The notes under the pieces: generated by a model | What the model was told of the DNA's origin: nothing | The model's database searches: none | What the model saw: only the letters and a program-made list of their open reading frames with translations | From: Mobula hypostoma | Lineage: Eukaryota | DNA: 64,000 nt | NCBI RefSeq assembly: GCF_963921235.1 | Contig: NC_086097.1 | Span: forward strand, 213,530,001 to 213,594,000 | Direction of reading: 5' to 3' | Part shown: positions 23,215 to 36,614 of the stretch, piece by piece | Numbering within the stretch: position 1 is the first letter of the stretch | How the letters are laid out: each line of letters starts with the position of its first letter | Made by a program: the position numbers and the translations under genes

Positions 23215-25530
23215 GTCAGGCTTATAGTTATTGTCACATGTACTGAAATACAGTAAAAAGCTTCTGTGTGCTTACCATCCAGACAAATTGTTCCATTTAT
23301 GTTACAAGAGAGGGAAGAAAAGAATGCAAAATGTATTCTAACAGTTACAGGGAAAGTGCAGTGCAGGTAGACAAAGTGTAAAGGCCATGACAGAGTGACC
23401 AGACATGGAAAGTTCATCCTTATTATTGAGTTATAGCAAGAATTGGCCCTTAGTGGCCCTTTGAGCCGCATAGAGCAGCATACCCCAATTTAACCCGAGC
23501 CTGCCTATTCATGGGACAATTCACATTGACCAATTAATCTACTAACTGGTAAGTCTTTGGAATGTGGGAGGAAACTGGAGCACCTGGAGAAAACCCTGCT
23601 CAAGAGTTTTAAAACAGCATTATAGAAGCTGTCCTTGAGCCTGGTGTAATGTGTTCTCAAGTGTTTGTATCTTTTGCCTGGTGGGAAGGGGAAAGGAGAT
23701 GATGACCCTGGTGAGAGGGCTCCTTGTATAATATATTGACCGATGTCTTGAGCCAGCTGGAAGTGTAGATAGAATCAATAGAAGGAAGGCTGATTTTCAT
23801 GAAGGACTGAGATTCATTCACAACAGTCTTGGGCAGAGCAGTTGCCATACCAAATTATAATGCATCCAAACAGGATGTTTTCAGTGGTGCATCAGTACAA
23901 AATTGGTGAGGGTCATTGGTTCATTTCCTTAGTCTTCCGAGGAAATAGAGGTGCTGAATGTTTCCTATTCCTTTTGAACTCACTGGGTTCAATGGAATTT
24001 TTAATATACTATTCTGTAACAGGCTTTTAAAAAAGTGATCTAAAAGTGTTTGGGTATTAATAAGAATAGCATCCAGTGGAATGGAAAGTCTAGTTTGACA
24101 CTGTCAAAGCTCTAAGGATCCCTGATTATTTGAAATTTACTGTATCAAGTTCAAAGTAAATTTATTTTCAAAGTACATATGTCACCATATACAACCCTGA
24201 GATTCATTTTCCTGCAGGCATTCACAATAAATACAAGAAACACAATAGAATCAATGACCCATGAAAGACTGTGCCCAACAAGGCGGTCAAATGACCAATG
24301 TGCAAAAGATAACAAGCTACAAATACAAAGAAAATAAGAATAAAAAGTAAACAGTAAATATCTGGAACATGAGACGAAGAGTCCATAAGTTGTGAACAGT
24401 TCTGTGATGGAGCGAGTGAAGTTATCCCTTCTAGTTTAAGAGCCTGATGGTTAAGAGGTATTAACTTTTTATGAACCTTGAGATGTGGGTCTTAAGGCTC
24501 CTGTACCTTCCGGATGGCAGAAGTGAGAAGAGAGCATGGCCTGGATAATAGGGGTCATTGATGATTGATGCTGCTTTTCTGCATCAGTGCTCTATGTAGA
24601 TGCACTCAATGGTGCACATTAGATTTTCCAGGTCGGAAGAACATGAGTGCGAAAAGTCTGTTGCATCTGAGCATCTGTGCTGAAATTAAAACGTGTTCTG
24701 CTATTTGGAACCTTTCATGGGTAGATATTTTTACATATGTGTATACTGTATATTAATATAGCTCCAAAAACTAAATTTAAGGAATGGTTTTCACTACTAC
24801 TAGAGGTTACAATATATATTCCACCTCTAGGTAAGCTAAACTCGTGTTAATTTATAACCTGGACCTGCACACTTTTGCATTGTTGATCTATGTGGAGAGG
24901 AAAATTGTCAAGTCAAGTCACTTTTTATTGTCATTTCAACCATAACTGCTGGTGCAGAACATAGTGAAAACAAGAGAATGTTTTCCAGGACCATGGTGCT
25001 ACATGACACAATACAAAAACTACACTGAACTATGTAAGAGAAAAAACAAAAACCACATTAGACTACAGACCTACCCAGGACTGCATAAAGTGCACAAAAC
25101 AGTGCAGGCACTACAATAAATAATAATAGATAATAAACAAGACAGTAGGCACAGCTGAGGGTATAGTATTCACAGAAAATCAAAATCTAAAAAAGTTTTT
25201 GGAAATGGTACCCCTCAACCAGCAGGCTCTTGAACCAGTGGGCATAGCTTCATTAAACTTCATTTACTCATCGCTGAACTGTCCCACAACCTATCGACTT
25301 GCTTTCAAGAACTCTTCATCTAGTATTCTCGATATTTATTGCTTATTTGTTTTCTCTTTTGTATTTGCACAATTTCTTGTCTTTTCCACATTAATTGTTT
25401 GTCCTTTTGGGTGCATTCTTTCACTGATTCTATTATGGTTCTTGGATTTACTGAGTATGCCCGCAAGAGAATAAATCTCAGGGTTGTAAATGGTGACATG
25501 TATGTATGTGATAATAAATCTACTTTGAAC
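23215..25530. mobile_element. Cluster of Rex1-type LINE 3' fragments (both strands) plus a SINE fragment
   Basis: Tails at ~23215 (-), 24148 (-), 24908 (-) and 25210-25530 (+); those at 24148 and 25210-25530 match the 2220-2560 3' UTR. Confidence 0.7.
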
Positions 25531-25879
25531 ATGCATGGTTTTATATGTATTCTTTTCTGCTGAATTTTAAGATGGAAAGAGATTAATTTTGAAACTTCTG
25601 TTTAAAGGACTTCACAACCAATTAATTTTGAAAACCACAGGCAGTTTTGAGGGTCCATTATTAAGAGCGTGATGGTGGCAGAGAATTTGCATATACTCAA
25701 AATGATTGTTTTTTTTTTCGGACATTGATGCAAGAGAATTTACTTTTCTTCAGTAAATAGTGTCATCAGATCTTACTAGTTTTATTAAGCTGGGTAGGTA
25801 ATTGGGGCCTGTGGGTGGTGAAGTTTGTGCATTATGCAATGCCTTATTCCCTGAATATTGTAGTAGTTTTGGTGTTCTT

Positions 25880-26525
25880 TGCAATTTTTCAAGACAGATG
25901 AAACAACGTACAATGGTGAAAAGGGCTTTTGGCATGCTGGCCTTTATTGGTCAGGGTATTGAGTATCGAAAGTGAGATGTTATTTTGCAGCTGTACAAGA
26001 TATTGGTGAGGTCACACCTGGAGTATTGTTCTTAGTTTTGGTCACAATGCTATAGGAAAGATGCTATTAAGCTGAAAAGAGTAAATAAATTATTTGAGGA
26101 TGTTCCCAGAACTCAGGGGAGAGGCTTGGCAGGCTAGGTATTTATTCCATGAAGCATAGGAGACTGCGAAGTATTCTTAGGGGTATGTAACATCATCAGG
26201 AACACAAAATCCAGAGTTTTTCCCAGGGTTGGGGAATCAAGAACTAGAGAACATTGGTTCAAGGTGAGAGTAGAAAAAAATAATAGGAACCTGGATGGCA
26301 ACACTTTCACACAGAAGGTGATGTATGTATGCAATGAGCTGCTAGAGATGTGGTTGAGGCAAGTACAATAACAACATTTAAAAGGCATTTACACAAATAC
26401 ATGGACTGAAAAGATTAGAGGATGCATATCAATTGCTGGTAAATGGGACTATCTGAGATGGGTATCTTGATCAGCGTGGACAAGCTGAGCTGAAGAGCTA
26501 GTTTCTGTACTCAATGACACTATGA
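25880..26525 (+). mobile_element. CR1 LINE 3' fragment
   Basis: Degenerate LYK.LVR.HLEYC coding and an ATGACACTATGAC tail. Confidence 0.75.
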
Positions 26526-27766
26526 CAAAATTGTGACAGGCCTGCATTTTAGGGTTAGGCTTTTTAAATTGTGGTTAAATGTATTCATGAGGGAATTTAA
26601 GCACTGATGACTTTAATACTTTCTCCCTCCTAGCCATTTTTTAATTTGAAAAAGGGGGATAAGAGTGAAAACAATGTCACTGCCAGAAATTGGTTAAGAT
26701 TAGACCACAACAAAATAGTTCCATTGTAATTTTATTTGGGATCAACCATACCGTCTGTAAGGCAGAGTGCCAAAAGCTGCGGCAAGCCGTTTTGTGGCAG
26801 CAGGTCCCAGCAGCAGTTAAACTGAGCACAATAGCTTTTAAAAGTTACAGATGTTCTTGAAAGCTTCAAGTTGATATTTTGAATTGGCTTTAATGTCAAT
26901 GCTATTTCACTGTTGAAAGAGCCCTTCTTAACCTCTTGAATTTCTCCTCATTTCCACTCTAAATCCTTCTCAAACCTCATCTTTTCAACAAAGCCTTCAG
27001 TGGTCCCATAAAACTGTCAAAAGAACTCAAGAATAACAATTTGCCATTTGAAATTCTACTATTTTGAATTAGCAATATTGATTTATGTTGTATGAAATTG
27101 ACAGTGAAGTCAAATAAACCACCAGGAAAAATTGGTGTAAGTAGCATGAAATTTTAGATTTAGTTTCTTCAGAGCAAAAGCTGTGCTTAAAGAGCTCATT
27201 TATATACTCCAGAAATTTTCAATAGGTTTATCTATAAAATGAAAAATGGGTTTCAATAGGTTTAGTAAATAAGTCAGTTTTGTAAAGTTTAGATGCTCTG
27301 CCAACTTATGGTGATAATGTGGTTTACTGCTTATTGACCAACATTCTCTTTAAATTATTTTATTGTCCACTGATAATTAAGAATCCTTTTCTGCTGAGTG
27401 ATCTTAATTGAATTGATTTAGCAAAGTGTAGTAGCCTGTAAGTAGCATATAAAATTGTTACATCATTCAATAGCACTAAAACGACTTGGGCTTTTTTTGT
27501 TCAATAGTTGGAGTTGAATTAAATGGGAAACTTGCATTAAGTACCTTTCGAGTCAAATTTTTGCTTGGTAATTTCTTCTTTGCTGATAGCACTGGCACTC
27601 ATTTTTCCCCCATATGTGAAAAGTTATTAAATATATATTGAATTTTTAGTTCACTTAATTCTCCCTAATGAATGCATTATGAATGAGGGGACCTACAGGA
27701 ATTGTAGATTGTTGCTTTTGTAAATTTGTCTCAAGATTTTGGCTTCTGATAACTTGTTTGTTCTGA

Positions 27767-28018
<252 letters not shown>

Positions 28019-30228
28019 TGAGACTAGTGGTGTTCCAAATGAAAATTATTAATTAATGCTTGTGAGTTGGTCCAAAAATCTAAAATTTTAATACAAACAT
28101 ACATTGTTAATTTAGAGAAGCACAGTATCAGATCTGTGCTGTTGAAGTAAAAAATATCGAATAATAAACTTAGTACCTTTCAGTGCTACTTTGAGAAGTT
28201 AGGATGCCTTGATAATTTTGTAACTGAACAAATCCAGCATTTGAATTGGGGAATAGATTTTGAAGCTTTAAGGTTATTTATTTTACCCTTATGAGATTAG
28301 ATATTCATTACCTTAACTTCCAATCCCTACATCCACAGTAATAATTTGAGTTCCTTTAAATCTGACAAAGTACAGTATGCTGTTGAAATACGTCATTAAA
28401 CTTTTTTCATACAGTATAAAAGGCAAATGAAACAAATAATTCTTATTGTGCCCTATTTAAACTTCAATGTTCTTAAAGTTGCTTTATGATATTGTGGGCA
28501 AAATAATAGTTTTTCTTGGTTGCAAAACAGGAAACCACTAAGAATTGCATGAAATTAACTGATGGATGCTTAAAGTATGCAAAACAACTTGTATTTGTAG
28601 TTTCTCAGATAAAAGTACAGTTTTAATGTAAGATTATCGATAGTGAAAAGCATATGGCAAAGACTATGATGAACGTTATGATGGTACTGGACAAAAAAAA
28701 CTTATGGATTTTTTAAAATCAAATTTAGCAGGACTGCAAAGGTGAAAAAGTCACAAAACTAATATTTCAACATTGGTGCATAATAAAGTTGCACCAGCTG
28801 TGCTCCTTTGTGATTTTTACAGTTTTGCCTTTGCTGTGTTAAAGGACTGCATGGTGAGAAGGTCTGCTTTAGGCTGGTACAAGCATTGTTTCCAGCTTGG
28901 AATATGTTTACTTTTGACTTTAGGGGATGTGCATTGTATAGTTGATTGCAAAGTGAGATGTAAAGTACAATAAAGTCTCAAATATGTTATTGCCCCTGCA
29001 TGCATTTTGCACTTCCCCGTACCCATTTTTTTTAAAAATGAAAGTATTTATTTACTTATTTTAGCCAAAAAGTGTTAAGGTGGTGTGCAGATAAAACTCA
29101 GAGCAAAGTATCTCCAGAACCATGATCAGTTTGCTCAAAATACACTTTTAAAAACCTGAGGAAACAAAAAATGTGGTTACGTTTTGTAAAAGAAAGCCAA
29201 GAACGGAAAATGATTACAAATTTCTTGCATTCATCAATCTTGATATTTAAGGACAAAAAACAAATCCAGGAAAAAAGAAACAATAAATTGCATCTGTGAA
29301 AAGAGAAACCAATGAATGTTTAGTGGTAATAACCCCTCTTCAGAACTCCCTCTTTCCAAAGTTGCTGCTCAACCAGCTGAGTTGTTCCATTATTTGTTTT
29401 TGCTTCAGATTCCAGCATCTGTAGCTCTGTTCTCCATTAATTGACAAGAGAACTAACTGATCATCCTCACTGGCTTTGCATTTACTCAAGACATACTAAG
29501 ATGTGATATTTTGGTAGAAGTTAATGTAAGCTGCTATTAAAAGTGTAACATGAGCTCCTATTGAATAGAGCAAGATGTGTCAAGACTTTCCAAGTAGTAG
29601 GTGCCAACAATGTTTTGGCCTTAAATTGATGAATTATTAAGATGGTAAAACTATGAAAATAATTTCTACACTCCATGCCCCTGTAAAAATGTTGGATATA
29701 AGGAGACCTTTGTCCATTTTTAGTCTGTCCTTTACAGTTGTGATAGCTCAAGGTTCATAATGCAGGCAATTCTTACACACCACTATGGAAATCTTTCATG
29801 TGTAAATCAGGTGAAATATTCCCCTCAAATTCAGACAAATAAATGGCAAACTTGGCGATGCATATCAATATTGAGAGTTAAAATTGAAATAAAAATTGAA
29901 AATGTTCTCTGTATCAAAAAATCTCTTAACTGTTGATAATTCTGTATTAAGGAGACACCAATGATGTGTTGTAGTTGAACTTGAGTATACAAGGACATTT
30001 TTGTCATCAAAATCTAATGATCAAAGCATTTAAAATTTCTCCTTTTATGGAAGGTTTTTAATTTTTTTTTCATTCATGGGAAGAACAGCCTGCCTTGCGC
30101 ATTCCAAATTGCCAATGCTAGAAGGGGGTGGTGGGGAAGAGGGAGCTTCTATGTGCACCATAAATATTAACAAAATCTGGCAAGTAGCAGCTTTTGAACT
30201 TTGATACAGTATGTTAGATGAATGTTAA

Positions 30229-30480
<252 letters not shown>

Positions 30481-30567
30481 TGATGTATTCAATTATGTTT
30501 TAGCAAGAGGCTATGTCTTGAAGATAGATTGATACTGTCTACTAAAAAAATGTTCCATTCCGACCAG

Positions 30568-30735
30568 GCTCAAGCTCGCTGTCACAGAATTGGGCAAAGT
30601 AAAGCAGTGAAAGTGTATAGATTAATAACAAGGAATTCTTATGAAAGAGAGATGTTTGATAAAGCCAGTCTTAAGCTTGGATTGGACAAAGCTGTTCTAC
30701 AATCAATGAGTGGACGGGAAAATAGTGCTAATGGG
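30568..30735 (+). CDS. CHD7: CHD7 coding exon (approx. 18)
   Basis: ccAG...GTatg; [21 protein letters not shown]...GRENSANG; 168 nt. Confidence 0.96.
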
Positions 30736-30840
30736 GTATGCATTTTTGTATAATATTTCACTGTTTCAAACTAATTTTCTCAAGCAATTGGACTTGTAAA
30801 TAGCTTTGTAAGAGCATTATTTAAAATTTAAAATATGCAG

Positions 30841-31020
30841 ATGCAGCAACTGTCCAAAAAGGAAATTGAGGATCTTCTGAGGAAAGGAGCATATGGTGCC
30901 CTGATGGATGAAGAAGATGAAGGGTCAAAATTCTGTGAGGAAGATATTGACCAGATTCTTTTAAGACGTACTCATACAATTACTATAGAGTCTGAAGGAA
31001 AAGGGTCTACTTTTGCCAAG
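30841..31020 (+). CDS. CHD7: CHD7 coding exon (approx. 19)
   Basis: gcAG...GTaaat; [19 protein letters not shown]...EGKGSTFAK; 180 nt. Confidence 0.95.
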
Positions 31021-31160
31021 GTAAATATATTTAACCAAGAATAAATCTGGAGATGTGTTAAAAGCATATCAAAGGAGTACAAAGGTCAAGATACTAAATA
31101 AAATTGCTGTGAAGTAAATTGTGTAGAATCTTCATAACAATAAGATTTTGTTTCATTCAG

Positions 31161-31271
31161 GCTAGCTTTGTGGCTTCTGGAAATAGAACAGATATTTCCC
31201 TTGACGATCCTAACTTTTGGCAAAAGTGGGCAAAGAAAGCAGAACTGGATATAGATGCAATAAATGGAAGG
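31161..31271 (+). CDS. CHD7: CHD7 coding exon (approx. 20)
   Basis: ttcAG...GTaagc; [30 protein letters not shown]; 111 nt. Confidence 0.95.
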
Positions 31272-31358
31272 GTAAGCAACATTAAGTCTTGTGTATCATA
31301 TTTTAAAAATAAAAAGCTGGTTGATATATAGGCTCACCTGTGCTGTCTCCTGTTGTAG

Positions 31359-31561
31359 AACAATTTGGTGATTGATACACCAAGGGTAAGAAAACAAACA
31401 AGACACTACAATGCTATCAAGGAAGATGAACTAATGGAATTTTCTGATTTGGAAAGTGAGTCTGAAGAAAAGACTGGGAAGCCTCGTAGACCACAGGACA
31501 GGTCCCATGGTTATCCAAGGACTGAGTGTTTTAGAGTGGAGAAGAACCTATTGGTATATGG
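31359..31561 (+). CDS. CHD7: CHD7 coding exon (approx. 21)
   Basis: tgtAG...GTgagt; [15 protein letters not shown]...[12 protein letters not shown]; 203 nt. Confidence 0.95.
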
Positions 31562-34269
31562 GTGAGTTACAGAATACATTTAAGTGGGAACTTCCAATTT
31601 GTAAAGTATGTTCTCTCCCTGAATGGTTTTCTTAGAGGGCTGTCAGTTTATATTCATATACACCAGGATGCAATGAAAGTCCTTGATTGCATGGAAGTTC
31701 ACAGGGTAAACAGTGTATATTATAATAATCAATACACCAACAAGTACAATGACAAACTTAAATTTGGTGCAGAAATTGTAGTGTAATTGAAGTAGTGCGA
31801 AAAGAAATGCTAAAGTGACAATAGCAGAATAATGGAGAGGTAGTGGTAAGAGTCCAAGAACATGGCACCAGCAAGAAGGGAATGTGAAATAAATCAGTTT
31901 TGAATACTGATCCTTCTCTTAGCAATTTACCAGGAAGTAAACAAACTGATTGCTGAGGTTTTTATTTTATCTTCTGCAAGCATGATATCATGTTCCCATT
32001 TTTTACACCTTTAATCATTAGCCATAAAGAATGAGCATGAATTGGACAGTAATGACTGAGAAGTAGCAGCTCTGTTAACTTCAGGACCATAGAGGAGACA
32101 ACTTGTGCAGCAGTCAGTTTCAGCAAGTATGGCTGTGTGCCGAATGCAGCCAGAAATGCTCTTTTAAAAGGTGCCAAATAATTTTCACTGTGATCTTCCA
32201 CTCAGCAGTTTGTTTGAACCTTCTGTCTTTGTTTCATTGCATATCTACTGAAAGCCATAATTTGGTTAACTTATAGAGAAGTGTACCAGTTTTACTTCAG
32301 CCTGTGATCAAGGGGAAGTGCTATCTGCAAAAGCCCAAAGTACAACATGGATAAATACTAGACCACATTTTAAGATGCTTTAACTAAAAATGGTATTTTC
32401 CTGTATTTGAGCTACTGTGCTACATTCCTTCCAATTGAAATAATCGGCCGGCTGGACTTGGATCAGGTTAACCTTGCACCGATTGTACAGGAAGATTTTT
32501 TTTTGCCTTAGGCTGGGAAATCTCTGAAAGTTCAGACTTCCTCCCTTGGTTTCATGAGGAGTCCACCAGAAGAATGCAGTTGTCTCTGGGTCAAAGGTCA
32601 GCTGAGCAAAAGTTCAGAACTTCCACTTTCCTGTGGAATTCCTGACCTTGCATTTGTTAATATGGAAATACTCCAGCAGTTACAGGCATAACTTAATTGT
32701 AAGATGAACGTGAGTACTTCTCTCCCTCAAAGAAAGAACCGGTAAATAATATGCAGAGGGATCTGGTTTATTGTTCATTATAATTATTTGCATGATGAAC
32801 ATGCAAGTGCACCAAGCAGATAAGCAGGCAAATTATATGGTGGTCTTTACTGTAAAGGAATTGGACTTCAGAGGTAATAGAATCCTTATTGGATATGATG
32901 TCATTACTATTTGGGGTACTCATTTTCATAGAGAATTCATAGGTCTTGTATTTTGTGTAAGATGAATTTACTACATATATTTCAGGATCAGATTTATTTG
33001 ATGAAAAGAGAAATCAAGAAAGATTGACTAGACTTGAAGTTAAATAAAATATCGTAGTAGTAGCTCTTTAAGCCACTCAGTTATTCAGCAAAATTTACCT
33101 ACTTTATCCCACACAGAAATTTATTAATTCCTATTTTATGAATCAGTGGCTATGACTCAACATTGGGGTAGAAAATTCCAGGGATGGTGCTTGTGCTGTG
33201 CTTAGCACTGCAATTATGAGTATAGAGAGAATAGAGCAGTGGACTAAGCATATATTCTTGAAGTGCATCTGTGTTGATTGTCTCCGAGGAAGAGATCTTA
33301 TCACTGATCCATGCTAGCTGTGTCTTCATCGGGGGAGTCGAGGATCCATTTGCAGGAGGTTCAACTTTCCAGGTTTAAAAGCTTGGCGAATAATACCAAG
33401 GGGATGATGGTACTGAACTGAGCAGTAATCAAGCAGAAGTCAATTCCAACTACAACCAAAGAAGGAATTCATTATGATAAACAAGAGAAAATCTGCAGAT
33501 GCTGGAAATCCAAGCAACACACACAAAATGCTGGAGGAACTCAGCAGGCCACGCAGCATCTAAGGAAAAGAGTACAGTCAACGTTTCAGCAGAACGCATT
33601 ATGAAAGATGTGATTGTCACTTGTCAATATTAGTTGAGACTCTTGGGCACCGGTATGATTACTGTCCTTTTGAAGCAGGCAGGAACCTCGCACTACGGCA
33701 AGGAGAGTTTGAAGATGGCACTCCAGGCAGCTGGTTGACACAGGTTTTCAGTACCTGGCTCACGCTCACCCACTTACATCTTGATGAAGTTGGTGATAGC
33801 TGTAGCATATTGATTAAGATGCAAAGTTGAATCCCTGAATACGGTCCAGTCCACTGGTTCAGATGTTCCTCTGTCTCTGTTGACCATACCTTCACAGTTC
33901 TCACCAACGGTGCTCCAGTCTTCAGTCTCTGCCTATATGGTGGGAGTAAAAACATAGGTGATCAGATTTGCCAAAATGTGGGCATGGGATGGCACTGTAA
34001 GCATTCCTGGTGGTGTAACTGTGATCGAATGTGTTGGCTTCTCTGGTTGTTGATGTGACTATGTTGGTGGTAGTTTGTCAGAAGCTTGCTGTCCTGGTTG
34101 AAGTCCCTGCATGACTGGGAAGGTATCAGGGTGTGCTGTCTCATAGCTTTTGACAGGGATAGGTAAATAGGTATAGAAAAGTATTTAATTGGAAGAGAAC
34201 GCATTATGATGTATTAGCCAAGAACTTGGGAGCATAAATTGGAAATGTACTCAGGGTTGCTGCACAATT

Positions 34270-35640
34270 TCATGGATTTGTTAAGGTGCATGGTGTGTTG
34301 GCCTTCGTTAGGGGATTGAGTTCAATAGCCACGTGATATTGTTGCAGCTCTGTAAAGCCCTGGTTAGACCGCACTTGGTGTATCGCCCTGATATTGTGTC
34401 TCAGCCTAAAATGTCTGATGTTTATTAATTTCCATAGATCCTGCCTGAATTGCTGAGTTCCTCCAACAATTTGTGTGTTGCTCTGAATTTCTGGCATCAG
34501 TGTTCTCTCTTGTGTGTATGATTTGGAATATTGTGTTCCGTTCTGGTAGTTATGTTATGGGAAGGATGTGGACGCTTCAGAGAGGATGTTTCCTGCATGA
34601 GAGAACATGTCTTATGAGGATATGTTGAGCAAACTAGACTTTTTCTCTTTGGGATGAAGGCGTTTGAGAGATGACTTGATCGAGGTGCATAAAATAAGAG
34701 GCATAGATCGAGTGGGTGGGCTGAGACATTCTCTTCTACCCCCCCCCATGCAACATGGCTAATAGAGGAGCATAATTTTAAGTTGATTGGAGGAATGTAC
34801 GAGGGGTGATTGATAAGTTTGTGGCCTAAGGTAGAAGGAGTCAATTCTAGAAAACCCTGTACATTTATTTTTCCTACATTTACACACTTAGTCCAGCGAT
34901 CGTGGAGCATACGGATTCCTTCTCTGCAGAAGTCGGCGTCTTGGACCTACAGAAGTGGTCCACAGCATGGGGTGATTGATATGTTCATGGCTTAAGGTAG
35001 AGGGAGATGTTGTTCAAACTTTCTGCATAATCACTCAGATTTGACCTGCATGTGCATGTAACAAGAGCTGTAAAACTCATCTCCTTCTAATTTGGGCCAC
35101 AAGCTTATCAATCATGCCTGCTGTGGACCACCTGGAGGTCCAAGACACTCTCGTTACATGCACGTGCATTTCAACTCTTTGAGTGGCAATGCAAAAAGTT
35201 CGAAGTTAATAACTCATCTCCTTCTACCTTAGGCCACGAACTTATCACCCCTGCTGTGGACCACTTCTACAAAGAAGGGATCTGTATGCTCCACAACTGC
35301 TGGACTAAGTGTGTACGTGTAGGAGGGGACTATGTTGAAAAATAAATGTGCTAGGTTTTCTAAAATTGACTCCTTTTACCTTAGGCCACAAACTTATCAA
35401 TCACCCCTCAGATAGTGGGAATGTCAAAGGCAATATTTTGTTTTTAACACATTGGTGAGTGCATGGAACACCTACTACAGTTGCTGGTAGAGGCAGATAC
35501 ATTACAGGCATTTAAGTTAGACACATGGATAATCGAAAAATAGAGGGCTATCTAGGAGGGAAGGGTTAGATTGATCTTAGAGTAGGATAGAAGGTCAGCA
35601 TAACAGACTGAAAACCCTGTACTGTGCTGTACTGATGCTC
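34270..35640 (+). mobile_element. CR1 3' fragment hosting a mariner MITE and a Penelope-end fragment
   Basis: CTCTGTAAAGCCCTGGTTAGACCGCACTTG (LYK.LVRPHL-like); CTGTACTGTGCTGTACTG tail at ~35615-35635. Confidence 0.65.
34800..35410. mobile_element. Mariner-derived palindromic MITE
   Basis: TA|CGAGGGGTGATTGATAAGTTTGTGGCCTAAGG with a matching inverted end; both arms carry the transposase C-terminus (WTKCV.VGGDYVEK*). Confidence 0.85.
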
Positions 35641-36144
35641 TAAAAAAAGCTTGAGAGCAAGGTATCAAAAACTGCAACCATGGAGGAACAGAAATAATCA
35701 TAGTAACAGATTTTGTGGTTAGTGGAAAGCTTGAACAAAATAGTTTCAAGGGTGTAGTCTTTTTGAAAAGCAAAAACCATTGCACTGTGAGAGATGCTAC
35801 ATTTTGAATTATTAAATCAAAACTCAGTAAGATGTAAATGGAGACAAGATCCCAAGATGGCAGTTGAAGGCAGAAGATGATCTGTGTGTTCTGGTCAACA
35901 ATTTATGGGATCTTATGTATAAATTGGCTGTTGCATTTGCTTGATCAGTTCACCTCGTTTCAAATCTTCCTCACTTGCTTTCTGTTTGCTCTCTTTTGCC
36001 CTGAATTTTTTCACTGCCACTTCCTTGCCCATTCTGCTGTAGCTACTATCCCTGTCCCACTTTCTTTCACTGCAGTTATGTCCAGCTATGTTCTCATTCA
36101 CTGCTTCCTCTTGCTCACTCCAGCTCCCTTTTCCTTAGAAATCT

Positions 36145-36262
36145 CTACCATTACCTGTGTCACTAGAACTTACTGATCTGGATGCCCTAGTGTACCCATT
36201 CAAAATCACTACCATTACCCATGTCACCAAAACTTACTGATCCAGATGCATAGTCTACCCAC
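36145..36262. repeat. Diverged ~64-bp tandem duplication
   Basis: CTACCATTACC...AACTTACTGATC..GATGC at 36145 and 36209. Confidence 0.8.
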
Positions 36263-36414
36263 TTGCACTGCTCCTACTTTCCCAAACCCTTCATTTTTCT
36301 TTTCAATTGGTCCACCTCTTCTCTAGACCCCTTAATACCTACTGTATCAAAGTCGTACTGTACAAAGTGTGCATGACTAAATGTAATTACTATTATATTG
36401 TTTTTTTTCCACAG

Positions 36415-36614
36415 TTGGGGCCGATGGAGTGATATATTATCACATGGTCGTTTTAAACGACAGTTGACAGAACACGATGTGGAGACCATCTGCCGCACTA
36501 TCCTTGTGTACTGCTTGAACCATTACAGAGGAGATGAGAAGATCAAAGGATTTATATGGGATCTGATTACTCCTACTGAGGATGGACAGACTCGAGCACT
36601 GCAAAACCACTCGG
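36415..36614 (+). CDS. CHD7: CHD7 coding exon (approx. 22)
   Basis: cacAG...GTattt; [17 protein letters not shown]...LQNHS; 200 nt. Confidence 0.95.
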
